Source: Leucoraja ocellata
Lineage: Eukaryota
DNA: 64,000 bases
NCBI GenBank assembly: GCA_036785375.1
Contig: JAWMAR010000026.1
Coordinates: 7,254,001-7,318,000, forward strand
Direction of reading: 5' to 3'
The notes under the pieces were generated by a model, which saw nothing but the letters and a program-made list of their open reading frames with translations, did no database searches and was not told the origin of the DNA. Below, piece after piece: positions 1-12,100 of the stretch (the stretch's first letter is position 1; every line of letters begins with the position of its first letter). The translations under genes were made by a program, and so were the position numbers.

Positions 1-419
1 ACCCTGCTGTGATAGTACTCTGCGTGTCACTCCGGGACAGCCACACAAGCGGAGTGTTTCTCATTTACCCTCACTCTCTAAGCACCAACGGCGAGCTACA
101 CAGCCTGTCCTCCAGATTAACCCTTCAAAACCAACAGTCTATTTCCTGTCTGCTGCCTCCACAAATATAATTATTTGCTTATGTGCTTACATTGATCAAC
201 AGGGGACTTTGTTTCCAGCCGAAGCACCTGAACTAAATTGTGTCTAATGTTGTGGAAAATTACTTGCATCCTGCTTCCTTTCTTCATGCAAGCAGCGTCC
301 GGATGATGGAGAGGACGGTGGAGGAGTCTACGACAGTGGCCAACACTGACAAACCGGAGCACAGCGAGCTCCCACACTAACCCAGCAGTCTGGTCAGCTC
401 CCCACTGCCAGCACCTGCC

Positions 420-830
420 CCACAACACACACACACTCACACTCTACACATACACTACATACACACACTTTACACACACACACAAAAACAACANNNNNNN
501 NNNNNNNNNNNNNNNNNNNNNNNNNNNNNNNNNNNNNNNNNNNNNNNNNNNNNNNNNNNNNNNNNNNNNNNNNNNNNNNNNNNNNNNNNNNNNNNNNNNN
601 NNNNNNNNNNNNNNNNNNNNNNNNNNNNNNNNNNNNNNNNNNNNNNNNNNNNACAAACACAACACACAAACACACTACACACACACACACACACTCCACA
701 CACACAACTTCACATACACAACTTCACACACACTCCACACAATCCATACACAGGCACAAACACATATTCCACACACAAACATTCACACACACATACATTG
801 ACATGTACACACATGCACATTCCACACAGC
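420..830. repeat. Degenerate (CA)n microsatellite
   Basis: Direct inspection. Confidence 0.9.
494..652. other. Assembly gap (N run) within a (CA)n tract
   Basis: 159 consecutive N flanked by CA-rich repeats. Confidence 0.99.
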
Positions 831-975
831 GCAGAGCACGGACACTCCTCCTGCCAAGACCTGGTTAGAGTTTTCTGCCACTAACTCGTGCTTGCTGTAC
901 ACTTGATTACTATTCCACAGCCACATACACCATAGATGTTTTAATCACTGTAAACTCCTTTGGGAATAATGACAG

Positions 976-1088
976 GCAGTGTAGAGGGAGCTTTACTCTG
1001 TATCCCACACTGCTCCTGCCCTGGGAGTGTTTGCCAAGACTGTACTGAAGGAGGTTTACTCTGAGTATGCCATGGAGTACCTGCCCTA
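976..1088 (+). repeat. Degenerate two-unit satellite-like repeat (CAGTGTAGAGGGAGCTTTACTCTGTATC...CCTGCCCTGGGAGTGTTTG)
   Basis: Two imperfect units of about 60-65 bp. The motif resembles a tandem repeat I recall from elasmobranch genomes. Confidence 0.45.
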
Positions 1089-1882
1089 GATGTACATGTG
1101 TGTTTTGTGGAGATTTACTTGTTGTCTAACCCAAGCTTTCTGATGGGACAATGGTGGCAGAAATTGGGAGGATTCCAATCGCTCGTCTTGTGAGCTCCTT
1201 TTTAATATCCCTGGTCTGGAGCTGAAGCAGTGATTTATGGCTGAACTAAATTCATTGTTTAAATATATCTGTGCAAGACCTGCTTTGCAAATTGTGCGAC
1301 GTATTTTAAAGGGAACATGCAAATATGGGTCAGTTAAGGTTGGCAGCGGGCACAAAGCTGCCCGGGTCACAGCCATTCATTTACCAGCATCTGGCCTCAA
1401 TGGGCAGCGATTTCACTCCAAGTAGCCACCTCCCACACAGCTGTGACCCCCGCGCATGTCACCTACAACCATTGACCTGTATCCGTTTCTATAGCTTTTT
1501 CTGGCAACTCATTCAAGATACGGGCTACCCTCTGAGTGAAAAAGTTGCCCTTGAGGCCCCTCATTAATCTCTCCCCTCTCACCTTCAGCTCGTGCCCTTT
1601 GGTTTTAGAACCTTCTATCCTGGGAAAAAGACTGGGTTCACTTTATCCATGCTCCTCATGATCGTTTACACCTCAGTAAGGTCACCAACACTCCTACACT
1701 CCAAAGAAAAAAGTCCCTGCCTATCCAACCTCTCCCTATAACAGTATCGCTCCTGGGTCCATTGCCCCTGTGAATAGTTTTTGCTACTTAATGGGATTAC
1801 ATTTTCTCCCAAACACCTCAGACTTTAGGGAAGCATTCAGATAGTCACAATCTTTCGGGTAATCCCCTGGTTTCCCTGCTAT

Positions 1883-2331
1883 ATAGAAACATAGAAACAT
1901 AGGTGCAGGAGTAGGCCATTCGGCCCTTCGAGCCTGCACCACCATTCAATATGATCATGGCTGATCATCCAACTCAGTATCCTGTACCTGCCTTCTCTCC
2001 ATACCCCCTGATCCCTTTAGCCACAAGGGCCACATCTAACTCCCTCTTAACTATAGCCATTGAACTGGCCTCAACTACATTCTGTGGCAGAGAATTCCAG
2101 AGATTCGCCACTCTCTGTAAAAAATGTTTTTCTCATCTCAGTCCTAAAAGATTTCCCTTTTATCCTTAAACTGTGACCCCTTGTTTATGGACTTCCCCAA
2201 CATCGGGAACAATCTTCCTGCATCTAGCCTGTCCAACCCCTTAAGAATTTTGTAGGTTTCTATAAGATCCCCCCTCAATTTTCTAAATTCTAGCGTGAAC
2301 AAGCCAAGTCTATCCAGTCTTTCTTCATATG
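1883..2331 (-). mobile_element. Young CR1-type LINE 3' fragment with (GAAACATA)n tail
   Basis: Octamer tail at the left end. The reverse strand encodes the FTQRVVNLWNSLPQ-type CR1 RT C-terminus. Near-identical to copies at 17140, 52146 and 55377. Confidence 0.85.
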
Positions 2332-2639
2332 TCCCTTACTTCAAAATAATTTATCTGCAGCCATTGGAAACAGTTTCTCTCCTTCTGCCTCCCCCTTGCG
2401 TGCGTGTGGCCTGTTATCTGAGCAAGCTGAGTGTAAAGGCTACGAGCTCAGTGGCGCCTCCCAGAGGAGCAGAGAGACGTTTACGCACTGACCTGTGGTT
2501 TCTTGGCGGGAAACATCAATCAGATCCTGAACGTGGAGGAGGAACAGCACTCCCAGCAATCCGAACAGCAGGATGAAGGAGAACAGGTACGAGAGCCTCA
2601 TGGTCATCATAGCTCCACGTGGCAGTAGGTCGGGAACTC

Positions 2640-3430
2640 ACTGCTGCACCGCCACCTCTCACTCCCCCTCCCCGTCTCCCACCTCTCTGACCCTCCCTTT
2701 GGCTTACTCTCCTCTCACGCACTGTCTCTCACCTTCTCGGTCTCTCTCCTGCTCTCTACCTTCCCCTCTCTCGCCCACTGAGATTCCTTCTCTCCACACC
2801 CACCCCACCTCTCCTTCCCACTCCCACTCCCACTCCCTACCTCTCTCTCCCCCTCTTTGCCTCTCTCTCTCCACCACTCCCTCTTTGCCTCTCTCCCTCT
2901 GTTTCTGTGCCACTCTCTGCTTGTGTCTTTGCTCACCTACTCTGTCTCTGCCTTGCTCTCCCCCACTCCTTCTCTACCTCTCCCACCTATTCTCCCTCTC
3001 TTCCCTTCTGCTTCTTGTTCTCTCCAACTCCCTCTTTTATCCCTCCCTTTCTCAGTTTCTCACTCCCCTATCACCACCCCAACTCTCTCAGCTGCCCTCT
3101 CTCAGGCCGCCTGGTACTATCTCATCCTCTCTTTGTCTTTCACTGTTTTTACTCTAACTTTGTCTAGTTCCTTTTTGCTGCCGCTTGTGTTCTGTCTCTC
3201 ACTCTCTCTCTCTTGCGGTTTTGGCTCTCGCTTTGCTCTCCCAGTCGCTCATGCTCTCTCGCTGTCTCCCTCTCTCCCTCTCTTCTTCTCCTCTCACTCT
3301 CTCCCTCTCTCCCTCTCTCACTCTCTCCCTCTCTCACTCTCTTCCTCTCTCCCGCTCTCTCTCTCTCTCACTCTCTCCCTCTCTTCCTCTCTCCTTCTCT
3401 CACGCTCTCCCTCGCTCCGTCTCTTCTTTG
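2640..3430. repeat. CT-rich low-complexity/(CT)n tract
   Basis: Polypyrimidine strand bias; it produces the spurious Leu/Ser/Pro ORFs. Confidence 0.9.
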
Positions 3431-4344
3431 GCTCTTGGTGTCTCCTGCACAAAATGCAAAAAAGAAAAGGAAAATTAAATTCTCACACATCAGTGCCGGC
3501 TGTGCGTCACTGGATCTGCATATGATGCACTTGCACTTTTCTAAACTGAATCTCATTATTCTAATTTCCTGCTGCTCGAAAACTGCAAAAAATCTCTCCA
3601 ATTCCGGCATCATCCCCCTGTTCTTCTCACTGCTCCGGACGGCAGCTCCGACAAATTGCTGGGAGTGGCTGCAACAGCGCCAAACTGGGCAGTACGGTCA
3701 CTCACATCTCAGCCCATTCCCAACACACGAGGTGGAGATCATATGGGGCAACTGGCCGTTCACACTCAACCTTCTACAGTGGTTGCTTGATCATCACCAG
3801 CCACAGAGCTTGTGATCAAAGTTCACACCGGAGCCTCCTTGACCCCTGCCCAGTATTTCCTGATGTTAGATTCAGCGGATTTCAAGTCTATTTCGCTCAT
3901 TCAGGGTGAGTGGGGCCAAGGGTCAATCACCCCAGGGGTCAGAGGGTGAAAGGGTCAATGATCTTCACCCCAGAGGTCAGTGGGTTAGGGTCAGGGTTGC
4001 AGTCAGATGCTGTGAACACCAGTGGGTGGTTCCAAGTTACAGTTGACTAATAAACAGAGTTGTCACCTTGTCGAACTGTTTTAAAGGACTGTGATTTGTA
4101 GTGAGCTGAGGGTTGGGCAGTTGCTGGACTGTGTGAAGTCGGTGATTAATGCCAGTCTAACCAGTCATTGATCTCATTATTCAAAGCCACTTAAATCATG
4201 GATTCCAAACCCATTTCAATATTAAGACCATTTATCTGAATTGAATATTGAGCCGCAGAAAGACTTAATTATCAATCATCGCAGCAAGTGAAGGAAAACG
4301 CGTTGTTGACACACAGTCCCTGGTCAGTATAGGAAAACGCTGTG

Positions 4345-5280
4345 TTATAGAGTCATACAGCTTGGAAACAGGTCCATCTGGTCCTCAATTCCCCCACTCT
4401 GGTCAAGAGACTCTGTGCGTCGACCCGATCTATTCCTCTCATGATTTTATACACCTCTATAAGATCACCCCTTCATCCTCCTGTGCTCCAAGGAATACAG
4501 TCCCAGCCTACTCAACCTCTCCTTATAGCTCAGACCCTCGAGTCTTCTCTGCTCCCTTTCCAGCTTAACAACATCTTTACTATAACACGGTGCTGAGAAC
4601 TGAACACAATACTCTAAATGCGGCCTCTCTCTAACTTCTACAGGTGCACAGTAGAGAGCATGCTGACCGGTTGTATCGTGGCTTGGTTCGGCAACTTGAG
4701 CGCTCTGGAGAGGAAAAGACTACAAAAAGTAGTAAACACTGCCCAGTCCATCATCGGCTCTGACCTTCCTTCCATCGAGGGGATTTACCGCAGTCGCTGC
4801 CTCAAAAAGGCTGGCAGTATCATCAAAGACCCACACCATCCTGGCCACACACTCATCTCCCTGCTACCTTCAGGTAGAAGGTACAGGAGCCTGAAGACTG
4901 CAACAACCAGGTTCAGGAATAGCTACTTCCCCACAGCCATCAGGCTATTAAACCTGGCTCGGACAAAACTCTGATTATTAATAACCAAATATCTGTTATT
5001 TGCACTTTATCAGTTTATTTATTCATGTGTGTATATATTTATATTACGGTATATGGACACACTGATCTGTTTTGTAGTAAATGCCTGTGTGCTGAAGCAA
5101 AGCAAGAATTTCATTGTCCTATCAGGGACACATGACAATAAACTCACTTGAACGAACTTGATCATTAACGTCTTATACAACTGCATCTTGAACTCCACAG
5201 TTCTATACTCTATACTCTGACTGATGAAGTTCAACGTGCCAAAAGCCTTTTTGACCACTCTATGTACATGCGACTCGACC
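4345..5280 (-). mobile_element. CR1 fragment interrupted by a Rex1/Babar insertion
   Basis: CR1 sequence ...tactctaaatgcggcct (4625) resumes as cattaacgtcttatacaac (~5163). Confidence 0.7.
4626..5160 (+). mobile_element. Rex1/Babar-type LINE 3' fragment (RT C-terminus + 3' UTR + (GAACTT)-like tail)
   Basis: [23 protein letters not shown]...HPGHTLISLLPSGRRYRSLKTATTRFRNSYFPTAIRLLN, the characteristic Rex1 C-terminal motif. Confidence 0.85.
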
Positions 5281-5631
5281 GTGGGTTGACACAGTCCCTG
5301 GTCATTACAACATGGGGGAGGGACAGGCACACTGGGCTGGGACAGATGCCCAGGCTGAGGCCTCATGTGACAGATACATGCAGGGTGGTGAGCTGTCACC
5401 CAGGGGTGGGGGTTCAATGGACAGGATCTGGTCCCACCCCAGGGTGGTGGGTGTGTATTACAGGCTCAGATCCCACCCAGGAGTGGGCTCATGTTGTGTG
5501 GGACTGGCTCCTGGGGAAGATCCCTGGACCTAGCCTCACACTCGACCCTCCTCGACAGCATGGGTCTCACGGAGAGAATGTCTCTGTCCGCCAGGGGGAG
5601 GAACGCTCCAACTGAAGACGACCAATATGCA

Positions 5632-5815
5632 TTTAGTTCAGGTTAGTTTAGAGATACAGCGTGGAAAGAGGCCCTTTGGCCCACCGCGTCCGTGCTGACC
5701 AGCACTCCCTGCACACTACGCTATCCTACACGCACTAGAGACTATTTTTAATTTTGTGCCTGCAAACCTGTATATCTTTGGGGTGTGGACAGTAACTCTA
5801 CCGCTGCACCACCGT
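5632..5815 (-). mobile_element. tRNA-derived V-SINE-like element, internally deleted
   Basis: (TTTAG)n tail followed by agatacagcgtggaaagaggccc. Shares sequence with the SINEs at 33525, 49990 and 62110. Confidence 0.6.
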
Positions 5816-5919
5816 ACAACCCTTTATAATAAACCCATCCAAGGTTTGCGTGGATATCATTTACAGACCGTGCTGTGTTACCTGTGATGCCACTTCTCAA
5901 GTGTCTCAGAACCCCTGCC

Positions 5920-6300
5920 TCTCCAATATCCCCTCCTCAGCTCTGCCTTACCTTTCCCCCCTCAGCCCTCCTTCTCTCCCTTTCTTTCCCCTCTCTGCCT
6001 CTTCTCCCTCCCTCTGTCCTTCATTGCCTCTCCTTCCCTTTCTCTCCACCTTATTCTCTCCCCTCCCCTGCATCTCCTTCCGTTCCTTGCTCTTTCCCAC
6101 TCTCCTCCTTCCCACGCCCTTCATTCTCCTTTCCTCCCTTTCCCCTTTGCTGTCTTTTCTCGCCTCCTTCCCTTTGTATGGAGGAGAGCTCCCTCTCCTC
6201 TGCTCTCTCTCATTCTCTCTCCTGCCCCTCCCCCTCCCTGTCTCTATCCCTCCTCTACCCCACCCCCTCTCCCACTGGAGTCCATCTCCAGCTGAATTCC
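5920..6300. repeat. CT-rich low-complexity tract
   Basis: Direct inspection. Confidence 0.85.
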
Positions 6301-6737
6301 CTTCCACTCGCATTTCAAATATTTCATCTTCAAAATGAGATCTGGAACTGCCAGCTGCTGCCATCCTCTCCAGTGACATTGAGACTTCTTGCATCCTCTG
6401 AGTTTTAATCAGAGCTGCTCAGCGTTGAATCCTCCTGCTCCATCAGTGGAAGCACTGATTACACACCACCTTTCATTTAGTGGTGAAATCAGATGAGGTT
6501 TCAATATCAATAAATTCATGGCTTTGCGCTACCGTAGCAGCCGTCCTGGCAATGTCAAGGCACGCGGAGTGTGTGCAGACGGTGGGGCCGGTGTGAAGTG
6601 TTGGAAAGGCGGAGACGGAGCAGCAGTTGTACCGAGCTGCCGCCAGCATCAGTTCCTCATGAGCGAGTGATTGTTGGCAGCCCTGAGATGGGCCACAGGC
6701 ACTGGGCAGAACCGCTCCATTCTACCTCCAAACTCTT

Positions 6738-6952
6738 AACCATATAACCATATAACCATATAACAATTACAGCACGGAAACAAGCCATCTCAACCCTTCT
6801 AGTCCGTGCCGAACACATAATCTCCCCTAGTCCCATATACCTGCGCTCAGACCATAACCCTCCATTCCCTTCCCATCCATATAACTATCCAATTTATTTT
6901 TAAATGATAAAAACGAACCTGCCTCCACCACCTTCACTGGAAGCTCATTCCA
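6738..6952 (-). mobile_element. CR1 3' end with (ACCATATA)n tail
   Basis: Three octamer repeats followed by a 3' UTR nearly identical, in reverse complement, to 25661-25781. Confidence 0.75.
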
Positions 6953-7134
6953 TTCCTTCTTTCTAGGATCATCTTTCTGGGATCTCTTCCACCCAGAGCC
7001 CAGCGTGACATCTCATCTGGTTTAACAAGGCAGCAATCCCTCAGCACTGGACGCTCAGCCCCGACGACAGGATCAAGTCTTACTAAACAGTTTGCAATAG
7101 GAGCACTCAGACCAGCTCCACCGCTTAGTAACAT

Positions 7135-7252
7135 GAGTGAAGAAGGGTCTCGACCGAAACATCACCCAGAGATGCTGCCTGTCCCACTTAGTTACTCCAG
7201 TATTTTGTGTCTCTCTTTGGTGTAAACCAGCATGTGCAGTCCCTTCCTACAC
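7135..7252 (+). mobile_element. Short Penelope-type hammerhead-core element with 16-bp TSD
   Basis: GTGAAGAAGGGTCTCGACCGAAACATCACC...TTCCTACAC, flanked by CACC(G/T)CTTAGTAACAT at 7119-7134 and 7253-7268. Confidence 0.7.
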
Positions 7253-7284
7253 CACCTCTTAGTAACATTACGACCGCACTTAAA

Positions 7285-9125
7285 GAGTATTATGTTCAAT
7301 TTTGGTCACATTTAATGGAAAGATGCCATTAAGCTGGAAAGAGTGCAGGGAAGATTTACAAGGATTTTACCAGATTTACGGGGAGAGGTTGGGCATGCGA
7401 TGATTTTATTTCTTGGAGTGGAGGAGGCTGAGGAGTAATCTTGTGGAGGTGTATAAAATCATGAGGGGAATAGATAACCGAATGTAAGGAGTCTTTTACG
7501 CAAGGTTGGTGAATCAAGATCCAGAGGGCATAAGCAAGAGGGAAAAGACTTAATAGGAATCTGAGGGGCAACGTTTTCACACAGAGAGTGGTGGGTATAT
7601 GGAACCAGCTGCCAGACACGAACATTTAAAAGACATTTCGAGAGGCACATTGATAGGAAAGAGTTAGAGGGACATGGGCCAGGGGTGGACAGCTTGGACT
7701 AGCTTAGATAGAGCATCTTGACTGGCATGAACGAGTTGGGTCGAAGGGCCTGTTTCCGTGCTGTACGAATCTATGACTCTATCTCATCTCCTCATTCCCA
7801 ACTACCCCTACCTCCAGTAACCTTTTACCCTTGTTTGTCAAATAAAAAACATTCAAATACCATTTCCACTCCATTTGAAGACAATTCCAAAGACACACAA
7901 TCCTCTGGGAGAAATAAATTGTCTTAGCTCTGCCTCAAATGGGCAAGTCTCTCGTGTCTTCCCTGACAAGACTTCTTAAGATTGTGGATGTTTCAAACAA
8001 ATGGCTTCTCACTGTTCAACACTCCAGCATTATCCAATCTCTCCGCAAAAGACAACCTGCCCATTCCTGAAATTAGGCAGTAAATCTTCTCTGACCTGCT
8101 TCCAATGCATTAACAACCTTCCATAAATAAGAAGGCCAATGCAGGATGCAGTATTCCAGATCTGGTCTCACCAGTGGCCTGCATAACTGAAGCATCACCT
8201 CCCCACTTCTGTACTTAATTTGCCGATAACTAACGATAACATTCTGTTAGATTTTTTAATTGCTTCTCTACTTGCACGCCAGCCTTTGTGAGTCATGTGT
8301 AAGGGCATCTCAGACCTCTGCATACTCACATAATAATGTATCTTCTTTACTGTCACATCACACAGTCCCAGGGCAGGGACAGCACTGGATAAACAGAGTG
8401 AAGCACCCTCTGCACATGCCAGTCGCACACTGTGTAGGCAGGAACTACCGATGCTGGTTTATACCAAGGATAGACACAAAATGCTGGAGTAACTCAACGG
8501 GTCAGGCAGCATCCCTGGAGAAAAGGACCAGGTGACGTTTCGGGTCGGAACCCTTCTTCAGACTGTCACACACTCCTGTGGCAAGATTGCATGGGTTAGA
8601 ACATAGACAGCGCAGCACAGGAACAGGCCCTTCGGCCCACGATGTCCGTGCCAAAATGACGCCTATTTAAATGAATGTCCTCTGCCTGCACGTGATCCAT
8701 ATCCTTCCATTCTCCTGCATATCCATATGTCATCTAAAAGCCTCTTAAATGTCACTATCATATCTGCCTCGACCACCATCCCTGGCAGCACATTGCAGAC
8801 GTCTGTCACTCTCAGTGTAAAACACATATCCTGTACATCTTCTTTCAGCTTTGTCCTTCTCACCATAAAGTTGTGTCATCTAGTTCTTGATGTTTCCACC
8901 CTGGGAAAAAGGTTCTAACTGTCTACCCTATCTACACCGCTCATAGTTTAATATACTCCCAGTAGGCTCCCCTCAATCTCCAGTGTTTCAGAGAAAACAA
9001 TCCAAGTCTGTCCAAACTCATCTGATAGCTGGTAACCTCGATCCAGGCAGCACCCTGTTAACCCCTTCTGAATCCTTTCCAAAGCCCCCCCATCCTTCCT
9101 GTAACGGGGCGACCACAACTATACA
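7285..9125. mobile_element. Cluster of older CR1 3' fragments (7285-7780 +, ~7900-8330 -, ~8597-9125 -)
   Basis: Recurrent CR1 RT C-terminal and 3' UTR motifs (ttcacacagagagtggtgggtatatggaac; gaagggcctgtttccgtgctgta). Confidence 0.65.
8432..8564 (-). mobile_element. Short Penelope-type hammerhead-core element with 10-bp TSD
   Basis: Reverse complement starts AGTCTGAAGAAGGGTTCCGACCCGAAACGTCACC. Flanked by GTC(G/A)CACACT at 8422-8431 and 8565-8574. Confidence 0.75.
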
Positions 9126-12100
9126 CAGCCGGACAGAATCGGTCTTTGTTTCAAACCAGCATCTGCAGTTCCTTCCTACACATAGAATTCTATACAGCTG
9201 CAGTTGTATAATGGGTTAGGTAATGTTTTAATTTGAATGAAAATCAAATATTGTGAATATATTAATATTAGACTGTGTATGAGCCTGTCCTGTCCCAGTT
9301 CCCCAGCTACTGGTGAGGGTGGAGGGGTTGAGTGACTGGGAGCTGGAGCCTGGTACATGCTGCCGATAATCCCCCTCTGGGTGACACTGTGGAACTCAGC
9401 CTTGGCTGTTATCTCCACATTTACCTCATCAAAACATTCAGACAGGTGAGTCAAACAGGATTTGCTTTTAATAAATCTCTGCTGGTGCTGTTTTATTAAA
9501 TCTGACTTCTCCAGATTCCTGTTATTTGTTTTCCTGATTAATGTTTCTAAAAGCTTTCCAATCTCACAACGTGCTCCCTGAAACCTCTGCAACTAAGCTG
9601 AGCCACCTCGCCCAGACTGGTGGGGCCACACACTGTGTCAGGGCCATGACGGGATCAATGCAGTCCTTGGGCCAGTGTCTGGTTCGGATTGACCCCGGTT
9701 GGAGTCAGTATCAGTGCAGGTGTTCATTTTATACGTGCCCAAGGGATGAAGACCTAGTCTGTTCAAATATCAGAGTCACAGCACAGAAACATGCCCTTCG
9801 GCCCAACTCATCCATGCCGACCAAGATGCTCCATCTACACTAGTCCAATTTGCCTGCGTTTGGTCCATATCACTCTAAACCTTTCCTACCCATGTACCTG
9901 TCCAAAGATAGACACAAAAAGCCAGAGTAACTCAGTGGGTCAGACAGCATCCCTGGAGAAAAGGAATTGGTGACGTTTTGGGTCAAGACTCTTCTTCAGA
10001 CCTGTCCTAAGGTCTTTCACATGTTGTTACTGTGCCTGCCTCAACTCCCTCCTCTGGCAGTTCGTCCATACACTCAACTTTCTATAAAGCAAATCCTAAC
10101 CCAACACACTCTGTGTGAACAAGAGCTCTGTCTTTATAGCAGAATTGAATTATCTTTTAATTCACGCACAGGATGCATCACCATAAACCACGGCTTGGTT
10201 GGGCAACAGCTCTGCCCAAGAGCACAAGAAATTGCAGTTGTGGATGTAGCCTAGTACATCACACAGACCAGACTCCCCTCATCAATTCCACCTACACTTC
10301 ACACTGCCTTGAGAAAGCAACCAACATAATCAAGGACCACTCACATCCCCCCTTCTCCCCTTCCCGTCGGGCAGAGGATAAAAAGCTAAAAAGCACCTAC
10401 CACCAAATTCAAGAGTAGCTTCCTTCCCAGTGTTATCAGACAACTGACTGGTCCACCCATTAGCTGGGGTCTCGACCCTAGCTCCCAACCTACCACATTA
10501 CAGCCCTTGCATTTTTTAAAGGGCACCTTTTCTCTGTAACCCTGCCATAACACTGTCACTATATTTGGCTGTCTGGTATTTTCCTCGATGCATTACCTGT
10601 TGTGCTTGCGTATGGCTTGATTGTCCTCATGTATAGAATGTTTTTTTCCGTATACATGGCCATAACAAACCAGTGCCAATACTAATACATGAAGCTCAGG
10701 ATGAACAGCCATGATAAATACAACAATAAACATTACGACAAGTGCAACAACAGCAGAATGGTGTATGACAGCAGTTCAAAGTGGCCACCACCTTCAATTC
10801 AAGGAGCCTCCCAAACCCCTTCATTCTCTTCCATTTATTTTCCACAGGGACCCTTTCCCATCTTGGGCTCACTCAACATTTAGGAATATAGGAGTAGGCC
10901 GTTTAACCCTCTTTAATCTTATGCACCATTCAGCAAGATCCCAGCTAATTGTCAGTCAACTCATGCACCCATCTTTTCCCATATCCCTTAATCCCTGTGG
11001 TTGACACAAACCTATCATTCACAGGGGAGTACCAAAGAACTGCAGATGCTGGGGCAAAACACAAAGTGCTGGATGAACTCAGCAGGTCAGACAGCACCTG
11101 TGGACAGAATGAACTGACGACAATTTGAGTCAAAACCCTTCTTCATCTGATTACCTATCAATCACACAGGAGGTTCACCTTCATCATTCTCTGTGTTCCA
11201 AACTTCACTCTGAAAACATCAATGTTTAATCACAACTGATGTAAAATCTGCAAATCTTCAAACACATAATATTGTATTCAAATTCTGAAAAACACAGCCA
11301 TGAATGCAAGCCTAGGGAAGGAGACACCATCTGGTGAACCTAAGTTTAATGCAGAGACACATCACAGGGACCATGTTCTAATCAAGAGGCGTCTATTCCA
11401 TGCATACTTTATAACTGCAGATGGCGTGAAATTTGGATCAGTGATGCCCCTATTTGGGGTGATGAATATGCTGCTGGAACACATGGCACAGTTTTGAATC
11501 AATTGAGCTGGTGCCATAGTGTTGAAGGTAAACAGAACACTCATGAATGCAACCAGATGGTGACACCAGTTGGGCGGGCTTTGTTGTGACAATCCCACTC
11601 CCTCCCCTCCCTTGGGCATTGTAATCTCTTCACTCGCCTCTTATGGGTTTGCTGCTGACTGCTGCTTTGTTGTTTCAACTTGCACCAGTGATCAGACCTG
11701 CCCAGAACACAGAGCCCCAAAGGACCCAAACACGGAATAAGCCACTGAACTCGGGAGAGTGACTGCCCTCGGCATCAAGGCAGCCTGCGACTGTGTGGCC
11801 TGAACGAGTGGTAAGGCTGAACGCAGTGGGCAGCAAAAGGGAAAGCAGCGATTAGAGCCATTCTCTCTGTGATCTGCTGACTCCCAGTTCAGCTTCCCCT
11901 CTAGGAGGACAGGCAGATCCACCTGCAGCAACTATCCCCATCCTTTGTATGGCAAAGGCTTGTTGGACCAGTAGCACACTTCACCAGTTGATCTGCCAGC
12001 AACAGTTAATTTTGTTCAGTGCGTCTCCTTGGGAACAGTCTGTAGAGTCCAGAGTTATACAACTCCTTGAGGTGCACCTCGATACACACCCTTTCCAGAT

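Noticed and set aside
2573-3815. Long ORFs of 194-222 aa
   Set aside because: Artefacts of CT-rich low complexity, open in several frames with Leu/Ser/Pro bias.
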